Shown here in pieces: positions 53,112 to 64,000 of a stretch of DNA of 64,000 nucleotides; position 1 is the first letter of the stretch; every line of letters starts with the position of its first letter. Source of the DNA: Vicugna vicugna. Lineage: Eukaryota. Under the pieces are notes generated by a model. The model ran no database searches and had not been told where the DNA came from. It worked only from the letters and a program-made list of their open reading frames with translations. The translations under genes were made by a program, and so were the position numbers. Location of the stretch: positions 124,001 through 188,000 of the forward strand of contig MU058000.1 in NCBI GenBank assembly GCA_013265495.1. The letters run 5' to 3'.

Positions 53112-53394
53112 TATGTGGAATCTAAAGACTCATGGACAGAGAATACAGGCTTGTGGTTACCAGGGGGGTAGAGGGTGGGAAGGGATAGACTGGGATTTCA
53201 AAATTGTAGAATAGATAAACAAGATTACACTGTATAGCACAGGGAAATATACACAAAATGTTATGATAAATCACAGAGAAAAAAATGTGACAATGAGTGT
53301 GTATATGTCCATGAATGACTGAAAAATTGTGCTGAACACTGGAATTTGACACAACATTGTAAAATGATTATAAATCAATAAAAAATGTTAAAAA
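53112..53394 (+). mobile_element. Young camelid L1 3' end (5'-truncated) inserted in the older L1 3' UTR
   Basis: Perfect 16-bp TSD aaaaggtaacatgagg (53096-53111 and 53395-53410), AATAAA and A tail, G-rich tract 53163-53184. Confidence 0.92.
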
Positions 53395-54011
53395 AAAAGG
53401 TAACATGAGGGATTTTGGTGTTGTTGGAAATGTTCTGTATCTTAACTGTATCAATGTCAATATCCTGGTTGTGACATTGTACAATAGTTTTATAAGTGAC
53501 TTCTATTGGGGGAAAGTAGACAAGGGGATTTTTATGTATTACGGGATCTCATGGTATTAATTTTCACCACTGACTGAGAATAGAAAATTGTCCTTAAAAC
53601 AAAAAGTTTAATTAAAAAATTCAGAAGGGCTTTAGATAAAATGACAGATAATGGATATTAAAAGATAATTAATTACATTTTGAGGTCAGTATCTTAATAC
53701 CTGCCCTTTACTGTCCATCTTTATTGCCACTGCCCTAATCCACACATCCATCTTCTCTTTTCTAAACAACTGCCCATATTCTAAAGCAAAGTATATGGTT
53801 TAACACTCTAATATTACTAAAAGGAAAAAAAAAAAAGGAAAACCTTGGATATGCTGAGGAATACAGGGCACAATCTTTGGTGTCAGTCACTTGGATATGT
53901 TATCTTATTCCTCTACACCTGTTTCCTCTACTCTAAAATGGGGACAAAAATGTCAGCATTATAGGATTATCATAGTGATTATATGAGATAATATATGTAA
54001 CTTTTCAATTA

Positions 54012-54230
54012 CACTAGACCCTTGAACGACAGAGGTTTGAACTGTGCAGCTCCACTTACCAGTAGATTTTTTTTCAATAAATATGTACTATAGTACTACT
54101 CAATCCAGGGCTGGCTGAATCCATGGATGTGGAACTGCAGATGTGGAGGGCAGACTGTAAACTTATATGCAGGTTTTTGACTGTGTGGAGGGTTGGCACC
54201 CCAACCCCCACATTGTTCAAGAGTCAACTG
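54012..54230 (+). mobile_element. Tigger1-derived MITE (Tigger1a_Art-like) at the end of a MIR
   Basis: TIRs cactagacccttgaac / gttcaagagtcaactg; TA TSD at 54010-54011 and 54231-54232. Confidence 0.88.
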
Positions 54231-55589
54231 TAATAGTACTTATCATCATCATCATCATTTCATCACATCTGTACAAAGATACCATGATAAGTATTATTAT
54301 TAATTATGAACATAAATTGTATTGATGATTAGAGAACCCTGCTTTTGTAATACAGAAAATAACTGGATAAAACTCCACAGTAATAAGATAAAGACTATCA
54401 ATACTTTCTTGGATATTGTATTTCCTTCTGAAGACAGACTCCACAATATTATTGCCTCCCCTTCCCTGTAACTTACAAACTAGAAGTTAAGTCCTTTCTT
54501 GTTGATCTAAATTCATGGCAATCAATACAGTCGAATGTTGTGAAACATGCAATTCAGGTTTTATTAAATTCAAAATGGACACTATGGTGGTAAAACTGTT
54601 ACTATAATTTTCAGGAGAGCAATGGTATCTTCATGCTTTATACATTCCATTTAAAATACATGTCCTGAAATTCTCACTCAAATTATTACAATAGCATCCT
54701 AGCTACGTTCCCTAGCCCTAATATCTTCTTACTCAATCTTCCCCTACGCTGCCCCGAGTTATAAATCTAAAATAGATATGCATCTTTCACTCAAAAACTG
54801 AACTGCTTGTAGTACTGGATTTCATTTGTGCTGCTAAAAGTGATTGATTGGTCATGGCTTCCTGGAGCATGTATGATCAAGTATTCAAGTGTTATGCCTA
54901 AGCTCAGTTGATAGAAGTTGTTAAATTCAGTTGATGTCCTCCATGGATACAGGGGCAGGGAGGAACACTGAAACACAGACATCTAGTATTTCCCATGCTG
55001 AGACAGATAAAGGCCAAACTCTTTAGTATCTTGTTTATCAAGGATCTGTCTATAATTTTACTTCCAAAACCATTACTTTCTATCATCACTGCACTATCTT
55101 CTCGAATTATCTGTAATGTCCTTCCTGAACTTCACTAACTAGAAAAGGCCTAACCATTCTTCAAATCCCAGCTAAAACAAATACCCTCTGTTGACCTCCA
55201 CAAACTACCCCACGCCCAAAGAACACTCACATTCCTGGAGATACTGCTTTGGCCTCTGTGTTCCCAGAGTACTTTGCTTCTACTTCTATTATTTGTTCCA
55301 TTATAGTTAATTCAAAATATTCTGAAGTTATAATTACAATTTACTCCATTATATTTCATATTATTCCTCTACATGTTGTCCTTTCTAATCTTCATGAAGC
55401 AATTGGGACTTCCTATTCCAAAAGTAGTTATCCTTCTGGCAAAAGTCAGAAGAATCCAGTAAGACGTGAAACCAGGATAACGTGACAATGAGGACAATGG
55501 CAAAACCATGACCATAAAGGCCAATCAGTAATTTTTAGGTTCATGACTAAGTTTTCACAAATACCCTCCAAAGAAGGTAAGGTTTAGTT

Positions 55590-55770
55590 GGTACAGTGGA
55601 AAAGTATCAGAATGAGAGTCAGGAGACCTAGGTTCTAGCTCTACCTCTGCTATTAGTCAGCTAACTAGATTCGTAAGGATGGCCATTTAATCTTTCTTGG
55701 CCACAATGATCATGCCAGTAAAAATAATGGGAGTGGAAGAGATTATTGCAGAAGCCTCTCTAGCACTGCA
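55590..55770 (+). mobile_element. MIR/MIR3 remnant
   Basis: gagtcaggagacctaggttctagctctacctctgctatt...catttaatctttcttggcc. Confidence 0.65.
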
Positions 55771-56907
55771 ATGTTCAGCAGTGTATTTTGGTAGGTTGCC
55801 GCACGGTCGCTGGATGTTAGTAGTTGTCTCTTAGTTAAGCGGCTCAGTCTGTATGAGTAACAGTTACTCAGAACTAATATGGATGACAATCATCCCCCCA
55901 AAACTTTTCAGAAACCCAAACAGATTCTTCACTTAGTTTAAGTGATTATTCTTATTGTTAGGACTGTTTATAGATGATAAGGACATGTAACAAATTCATT
56001 CCCATTCACCTCTAATAACTATTTGTTCTCTTTCACAGCTAGGGTAAATACACTTTTAGATAATTACAAATCTTCCCTTTTTGTTCTTCAGATCCTCACA
56101 ATTATAGTAATTCTTCTATATCTTCTTATTCAGAGTCATTTTAAATTCTAATGCACAAATTGAAACAACTGTCTCATTTGGAAGTAGAAAAACTTTACAA
56201 AATGGATTTTACATATATGGACTAAATAACACAGATATTGTCACTTGTCAGATCAGTTTCTTTTCTTGTCACAGTCAAGGCGGGAAAAAAAAAAAAAGAG
56301 CATGAATGTCCTTAAAGGACAGGCTTCTCCCAAATCAGGCATCATACAGACCTTCCAAAGGACAGTCAAGTATACCAAACCTAGCTCATGAATAGGTAGG
56401 ATTAGGATTTTAGTGGTTTTACTCTCTTTCTGCTAATGAGAATTTAAAATATGTGTCTCATTTAAACAAAGAAATTCAACAAATACCCAACTAACTGGCA
56501 ACAGAAAACTAAAAGTAAGCCAAAACAGTCTCTGATGCAAGGTTATAGCATGAAAAGAAAAATTTTAAATCAGTGTTTTCTTTGGTATTCTGTTCAGATG
56601 GCAAATGGCTTCCATGGGTATTCTCACAGGTCACTGATTCCTTTAATTAGCAACTTCTGCTAAACACACAAAAGCCTCAAGTAATTTTTAATACTGATTA
56701 CAACTGTCTAGTCCATTAACAAATTGTCATATTAACACTAGCCACATTGTACACTGCATATCTTTAAAGGTTACTCATTTCGTTTTCGTAGATTTTAATT
56801 AACTTTTCCTTTCCTACTAGGGTTGATTATGAAACAGTGATAGAGGCATCTTGCCTTTTTTGCTTCTGGATCTGCAGCTTTTCGACTGAAAGAGACCCAG
56901 AAAATGC

Positions 56908-56947
56908 AAAAAAAAAAAAAAAGAAAAAAAGAAAAAAAGAAAAAAAG
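56908..56947 (+). repeat. A15(GA7)3 A-rich simple repeat (40-nt polypyrimidine tract on the CEP128 strand)
   Basis: Direct reading. Confidence 0.9.
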
Positions 56948-57959
56948 TGGATCCTCAGTTAGATGGTGGTGGCAACTTACAGATATATTCAAAGAAGCCG
57001 GGCTCTGTGAACTCCACTGGCACACCGAACGAATCAATTTCATGTTGCCACAGTACTTCTGGAAATCTCTTTAAGAGAGAGTTTCCATCAGCAGATTCTC
57101 TTATTTGCATTAGCTGGGAACAGTACATATAATCACAACTGACAGGCTAGAAGTTTAGGCTTATAAAACGGGGAAAGGAAAGGAAAATACTCATTGTTTA
57201 GATCCCCTAAAGTAGAGACTGTTATCTTTGTTTGGGAAACAGAATGTACTGTATTTGGAGTCTAATCCCTGGGGTTTAGGCAGGTTGACAAGTTTGTAAC
57301 AAACCTCAAAGGTTCTACTCTCAAACAATGGCCTCTTTTTGCCAGCACTTTTCATATATAAATATACGTCAAGAACAAAGAGCCTGGCTCTTAAACGCCG
57401 TGTTACTACAGATACATGACCTCTGTTCAAATGTCACTTTATCAGAGAGGACTTCCCTGATCTAAAAAGATCTAAAACTGTCCTCTCTATACTCTTACCT
57501 TGATTTGATATGGACATATACATTACATATAAAATATATACATATTTACATATATAACATTTATCAGCAATATCAAAGGCTATGTACCTAAAGACAAACT
57601 TAAAGCTCACTAAAGAAAATAAGCATATTCTAAGATTGAAGCTGCATATATAAATATGAGCAGAGTAACCAAAATAACACAAAGTTAGAGAAAGAAGAGG
57701 AGAAGGAGGGAGACAGAGTGAGAGACAAAAGCAAAAGACACATGGGAAGGACTATTCCAATAGCTTTTCCTCCCTTTTCCTAAAGTAGATCTCATTTTTC
57801 AATTCTGTCTTCACATATGCAACCATCCTTTCAACACCTCCCCTGGTTCTCTGTGCTCTTATCTATTACAACACTCCTCCTTCCCGGTGTCAGATTCAGT
57901 CCCACAAGCAATAGCTTCCCTACTCTCTTGGGGATATGCTATTGGTCTTGCCAAGACTG

Positions 57960-58300
57960 ATTCTTCTGCCTAGAACAAACTTTCCATTCATTCCTTCACT
58001 TCAATGAAATCTCTGCTCAAATGTCACCATACCAGAAAGGATTCCCTGAACTACAAAGATCTAAAACAATAGACACACCCATTACTTCCAACTTACTCTG
58101 TTTTAATCTTTTTCTTAGTACTTTTTGACACATGGAACATTATCTGTATGTTTGCTTAACTGTTGTCTTTTTCCCTCCATGAGAATGTAAGCACCATGAA
58201 AACAATGATTTCGTCTGTTCAGGTCACTTAATTGTCTCAGGCACCTAGAGCACTGCCAGGCACATAAAAGGTACTCGGTAAATACTTGCTGAATAAATGA
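57960..58300 (+). mobile_element. L2 3' end remnant
   Basis: tctctgctcaaatgtcacc, gaatgtaagcaccatgaa, gcacctagagcactgccaggcacataaaaggtactcggtaaatacttgctgaataaatga. Confidence 0.8.
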
Positions 58301-58389
58301 ACCTAATTCTAGCCTTCCTACTAATGTAAAATTAAACTTTACATAGCACAAACTACATCTCATTTCACATCTTCATTTTCCTCTAATAC

Positions 58390-58900
58390 CAACCTAATGT
58401 TGCTTAAAATACCTTCAATCCCTTCTCAATGGTTTTAGAATGTAATTCAAATTTCCTGTATGAGTGGACTTTGTTTAATTTCCCAGACTTATCTTTCACC
58501 ACCCATTTTCATTTTCTAAAGTCTAGTCATACTAAACTATTTGCAGTTCTAAAAGTTAGGATGCTCCCTTCAACCTCTGAATCCAAGTCTGTGTCTTCTG
58601 TGAAGTGCCCTATCTACTCCATTTACCTTGGTGAATTCTTACTTGTTCTTCAGCATCCAGCAGAGCTTTCCCATTTGGGTTTAGATACCCTTCGTAACTG
58701 CTCTCACAATCACTACCCTGTGTTTACTTCAACACAGAGCTTCTCTACCATTAAAAAAAAAATAATGATGGTCTCCTTATTTATGTTTCTCTTCCCCCAT
58801 ATATGAGAATTCCTCAGGAACTACAAAGCATCTCTGTGCACTTATTCAACACAGTACCTGGAACCCCATAAACAATGAATGAATACTGACTAAATGAATG
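58390..58900 (+). mobile_element. Second L2 3' remnant
   Basis: tctagtcatactaaactatttgcagttct...acacagtacctggaaccccataaacaatgaatgaat. Confidence 0.55.
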
Positions 58901-59779
58901 TATATTATAAATTTATATCAAAAACTGAAGTATTCTGCATTTTGAAATTTGAGAGATTTCTGGACCATGACTTGAGAATACTGGAGACAAATCATGATAC
59001 TGCAAAGATTCTAAGATCACAAATTTCTACATTTAGAGCCTCCATTTTTAATAAACTACATAATCAAGTATTCGTTACATATAATTTCAAACATAAGGCT
59101 GAGATATTAAACACTAAAGCATTTGGATAACTAAATACTATGAAATTGAGAAGGGCTAAGCATGACTCTTTTTTTTCCCCCCAAAAAATTACCTTGGTTA
59201 TAATTCAGTATTTGCCTATAAATAGAACTTCCTTGCCTGTAACTGACTTTGAACCTTTAAAACCAAACATTAAATCATATATCTTGAACTTTACAGCATA
59301 AATAACACAAGTTTAGTTTAAGATGTCAATTTAGAGATTCCATTATGATAGTCCCCCCTCAGCCATCTGCTGGGTGAGCATTTGGATATCCTTTTTCCCA
59401 CATGGTGATGGATTTGCACTTTGCTCCATCAGGTCTTCCTTGGGCCAAGAACACATTCTAGATGTAATTATGGGAGCAGTCTGTGGCAGTGGAAAGCCAA
59501 AATTAACTGAACCACATGGAAATAAAACCCATGTCACTGGTGTCATTACCAGTACACTCTAACCAACAGAGTTAACCTCAATGTAAACAGCCGGCAAAAA
59601 TAGCACAACACTCCATCTTTTGGAGAAATCAGTCCCTTTGGAAATAATTTAATAAGAAGGAAACACCTGAATTCATATTTTTTGGGCCAAAAGAGGACAC
59701 AATTATTGATTTTTTCAAAATTATATATGTATCTTTGAAAAAAAAATCCAAGCAGTTGGAAAAAAAACAGTTTACAATG

Positions 59780-62700
59780 AAAACTAAAGTTCATCTAAAT
59801 ACATAAAGGAAGAGCACTGAAGAAGGAATAAGTGAAGGTACAATAAAACCTTTCATTTTTCTTTTTCTTAAGTGATCTAACAAATAACAGTTTGTTCAAA
59901 ATAATAACGGCAACAATGTATTTGATTATGCATATCTTATATATGTATAAATATATATATGCTTCTCTATGCTTATATAGAAGTGAAAGAATGACAATAA
60001 TGATATATGGGATGGGAGGAAGGAATTAAAGTTACTGTTATTATAAAGTACACTACTTATGAAGTGGTATAGTGTTTGAAAGTACACTTGTACTAGTTGT
60101 AAATGTATACTACAAAATCTAGGGCAACCACTAAAAAAGTTTAAAAAAAAAAGGTATAACTGATATGCTAAGAAAGAGAGAAGATGTGTGTTTTTCTATT
60201 AACAAAACTAAAAGCTAGTTCTTAGTAAAGACCAATAAAATCAATAAGCCTCTATCCAGACTAACTAACAAAAGACAAATGACACCAATAACTAAAATAC
60301 CAGAAATGAAGAAGGGCACATCACCATAGTATCCATGGAAATTATAAGGATAATAAAGGAATACTACACCCAATTCTATGCTCCCAAATTTGAGAACCTA
60401 AATAAATAGACCAATTCGTTAAACAATGCAATCTGCCAAAAACTCACACAAGAAGAAACAGACAATCTAAATAGGCCTGTATCTACTTAAGAAAGTGAGT
60501 CAGTAATTAACAACCTTCCAAAACAGAAAGCACCAGGCTCAGATGAGTTCACTGGTGAATTCTAGCAAACATTTATGGAAGAAATTATGTCAATTCTCTA
60601 CAGTCTCTTTGATAGGATAGAAGCAGAAGGAGTACTTCCTAATTCATTTTATGAAATCTGAATTACCTGAATAGCAAATTAAGGCTAAAGCATTACAAGA
60701 AAAGAATACTACAGACCTGCATTTCTCAAGAACACAGATGCAAAAATCTTCAACAAAAAATAAATTGAATCCAACAATGAATAAAAATAATTATACACCA
60801 CAACCAAGTGGGATTTCATCCCAAGTGTGCAAGGAGAGTTCAACATTTGGAAATCAATTAATGTAAGCCATCACGTCAACATATTAAAAAAGAAAAATCA
60901 CATGATCATGTCAATAGATGTAGAAAAAGGACTTGACAAAATCCAATACTCATTCATGATAATAATTTCTGAGTAATTGGGAATAAAGGGGAAATTTCTT
61001 AACTTGATAAAAAAAAATCTATGAAAAACCGAGAGCAAATGTCATACTTAATTGTGAGAATTGAAGCTTTCCCACTAAGATCAGGTACAAGGCAAGGATG
61101 TCCCCTCTCATCATTCCTTTTCTACATCCTACTGAAGTCTTTGCTAATGTGATAAAGCAAGAAAAAGAAATAAAAGATAAACAGATTGGAGAGGAAGTGA
61201 TAAAAATGTCTTTGTTCACAGAGGATACGATCATCTTTGTAGAAAGTCTGACAAAAAAATCCTTAAACTGATAAGCAGCTGTAGTAAGGCTGTAGAATGC
61301 AAAGTTAATATACGAAAGTCAACTGCTTTCCTATATACTAGCAAAGAACAAGCGATATTTGAAATGAAAAACCCAATACCATTTACGTTAGCACTCTCAA
61401 AATGAAACATAGGTATAAATCTAACAAAAGATACAAAGTCTATTTGAGGAAAACTACAAAACTCTGATAAATGAAATCAAAGAAAGGCTAAATAAATGGA
61501 GAGACAGTCCATGTTCATGAATATGAAGACTCAATATTGTCAAGATGTCAGTTCTCAGTTTGACCTACTGATTCAGCACAATCCCAGTCAAAATCTCAGC
61601 AAGTTATTTTATGGATATTGACACATTGACCCAAAAGTTTATATGAAAAAGGAAATGGCCCCAAACAGGATACTAATATTGAAGAAGAAGAATAAAGTTG
61701 GAGGATTGATACTGTCTGATCTCAAGACTTACTATAAAGCTACAGCAGTAAAACACTGTGGCACTGGTGCAAGAATAGATGAGCAGAACAGAACAGAGAG
61801 CCTAGAAACAGACCCACATAAAAACAGTCGACTGATCTTCGGCAAAGGAGCAAAGGCAACATAACAGAGCAAAGACAGTCTTTTCAACAAACAGTGAGGG
61901 AACAACTGGACATCCACATGTAAACAAATGAAGGCAGACCCAGACCTTACACTATTTACAAAAATTAACTCCAACTAGATCACAGACCAAAATGGAAAGT
62001 GGAAAACTATGAAACTCCTAGAAAATAACATAGAGAAAACCTAGATGACCTTGGGAATGGTGACGTCTTTTTAGATACAACACCAAAGACAATCCAGGAA
62101 AGAAAATGTTGATAAGCTGGACTAAACTAATATTAAAAACTCTCTATGACAGACAATATCAAGAGAATTAGAAGACAAGCCAAAGACTAGGAGAGAGTAT
62201 TTGCAAAAGTCATATCTGACCAAGGACTATTATCCAAAACATACAAAGAACACTTAAAACTCAGCAATGAGAAAATAACAACATGATTTAAAAATGGGCC
62301 AAAGACCTTAATAGCAACCTCATCAAAGAAGATACACAGACGGCAAATAAGCATATGAACACATGCTTCATATGGTTGGTCATCAGGGAAATACAAATCA
62401 AAATAACAATGATATACCAGTATATACCTATTGGAATGGCCCAGGTCTGGAACACTGAAAACAGCATATGCTTATAAAGATGCACAGCGAAAGGAACGCT
62501 CATACACTGCTGGTGGGAATGTAAAATGATATAGTCACTTCAGATGACAGTTTGGTGATCTCTTACAAAACTAAACATACTCTTACCATAAGATCCAAGG
62601 ATTGTGGTCCTTGGTATTTACCAAAAGGAGGTGAACCTTAGGTTCACACAAAATCTGCACAGGCATTTTTTAGCAACTTTATTCATCATTGCCAAAACTT

Positions 62701-63021
62701 GGAAACAATAAAGATGGCCTTCAGTAGGTAAATGGATAAACAAACTATGGGACATCCAGACAATCGAGTTTAATTCAGCACTAAAAAGAAATGAGATATG
62801 AAGCTATGAAAAAAGATATGGAGTAAACTTAAATGCCTATTACAAAGTTAAAGAAGCCAATATGAAATGATGTTAATTATATGACATTCTGGAAAAGGTG
62901 CAAAACTATGGAGACAGTAAAAAGATCAGTGGTGCCAGGAGGGTGGGGATGGGACGAGATGAAAAGGCAAAACACAGAGGATTTTCAGAACAGTGAAAAT
63001 ACCGTGTATGATATTATAATG
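59780..63021 (+). mobile_element. Degraded L1 (L1MC1/2-like): inter-ORF region, most of ORF2, partial 3' UTR
   Basis: ORF2 blocks (aaagcaccaggctcagatgagttcactggtgaattct; KKKNKVGGLILSDLKTYYKAT in ORF 61643-61864); 3' UTR atgacattctggaaaagg...aaaactatggagacagtaaaaagatcagtgg. Confidence 0.9.
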
Positions 63022-63304
63022 CTCTTATAATCTGTTTGCATAGTTATTTGCTACTACCATTGATTTAACATTGTTTTAAGGTTTTCTTAACCATAAGAGG
63101 GGTAAGAACCTAATAACGCATCATACAGTAGGTTACATAGACTGGTAAATGTGGTATTATGTTGTGAATACTCAAAACTGTAATTCATGTGGTACTCTCA
63201 TCAATCCTGAATCCTAAGTATTTTTATATAAATTAGGGATAAATCCTTTAGTTTAACATTCAAGTTAAATGTATGAGCACTATATTGGTGTACCTATGAA
63301 CATT

Positions 63305-63830
63305 TTTCATTCACTCCTAGTAGGAGTGTAAATTGGTGTAACCGTACAGAAGGGAATTAACAAAAAGATCAAGCCACATACCTTTTGATTTACCAATTCT
63401 ACCTCTGGGAATTTATTCCACTTTTACTTGTGCAAATGACAAATGTATGTTATTATTCACTGCAGCGTTACAACAAAAGATGAGACTATCTCAAATTCAC
63501 AACAGTGGGGAAATTTGTTGAATAAATTATGATATATTCATGAAAGTGAATTTCTACACAGTTGCTAAAAACAATGGGGAAATTGATTATACATTGATAC
63601 GAAAGGATCTCCAAAAAATATTAAGTAAAAAGTATAATGTTGAACAGTGTGTAGGGTGCCACCACCTGAGGAAAAAAAAAATCAATAGAAAAAGAGTATG
63701 TATTTTCATTTGCTCATATATGCACGTTACTCCAGGCAGGATACATAAGAAAACAGGAGTATGTAAATATATGGAAAAGAAACAGGACAGGGAATAAGAT
63801 TTTTTAATAAATGCTTTAATATATCATCTT
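63305..63830 (+). mobile_element. Old L1ME 3' fragment
   Basis: gtaggagtgtaaattggt, ccaattctacctctgggaatttattc, ttgaataaattatgatatattcat, aaggatctccaaaaaatattaagtaaaaa. Confidence 0.65.
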
Positions 63831-64000
63831 AGTTTTAAGCTGTGAAACCAATGGTAAACATAAAATGTTTACTAAGAACCTATTGTGTTCAATGAACCAT
63901 ATGATAAGTAGTTTTCACCTTTGTTATTAAATTATTCAATCCACCTTTGTTAAGCATTAAAAGATTAAAGAGAAAATACTAAGAACCTTACATTGCCATG

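Larger units (their letters stand above)
49973..53620 (+). mobile_element. Degraded L1 (L1MD-like): ORF1 C-terminus, ORF2 endonuclease/RT remnants, internal deletions, 3' UTR
   Basis: ORF2 start-like atggcagacttaagtcctaac (~50746); RT motif SLFADDMIV in ORF 52162-52413; 3' UTR tgttctgtatcttaactgtatcaatgtcaatatcctggttgtga...aaaaagtttaattaaaaaa; many stops and frameshifts. Confidence 0.9.
1..64000 (-). other. CEP128: Internal portion of CEP128 (centrosomal protein 128); almost entirely intronic, containing two short coding exons separated by a 19,232-nt intron (22210-41441)
   Basis: Two in-frame minus-strand exons with GT-AG sites; spliced peptide matches recalled mammalian CEP128 C-terminus. 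I found no exon encoding the expected next residues (STQVALDHL...) in 1-22185, so it probably lies left of the window. Confidence 0.88.

Noticed and set aside
61643..61864. 73-aa ORF KKKNKVGGLILSDLKTYYKAT
   Set aside because: L1 ORF2 remnant.
1..64000. NUMT, processed pseudogene, non-retroviral endogenous viral element, snRNA/snoRNA or CpG island
   Set aside because: None recognised by eye; a BLASTX/Infernal search would be needed to exclude highly degraded copies.

Overview
AT-rich mammalian genomic DNA, almost certainly from a camelid (alpaca/llama/camel), judged from three copies of the camelid tRNA-derived SINE and camelid-type L1 3' ends. The window is internal to one large minus-strand gene that I identify as CEP128. 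Two small coding exons (41442-41491, 50 nt; 22186-22209, 24 nt) have canonical splice sites and join in frame to give ...LLEETHRKDEEMESLQ|DRVNALET..., matching my recollection of the CEP128 C-terminal coiled coil. The rest is intron filled with L1, L2, MIR, LTR/MaLR, hAT and Tigger remnants. None of the six-frame ORFs is a credible standalone gene, and there are no prokaryotic-type features or CRISPR arrays. I see no convincing new biological system. The best leads are splicing-level: a candidate alternative terminal exon with distant-branch-point architecture (~56.6-57.0 kb), a candidate poison exon with three clustered GTAAGT donors (~28.7 kb) and a UGC-flanked 24-nt microexon. There are also several clean transposition/repair fossils. 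Repeat family names are from memory of consensus sequences, and boundaries are approximate unless TSDs are given.
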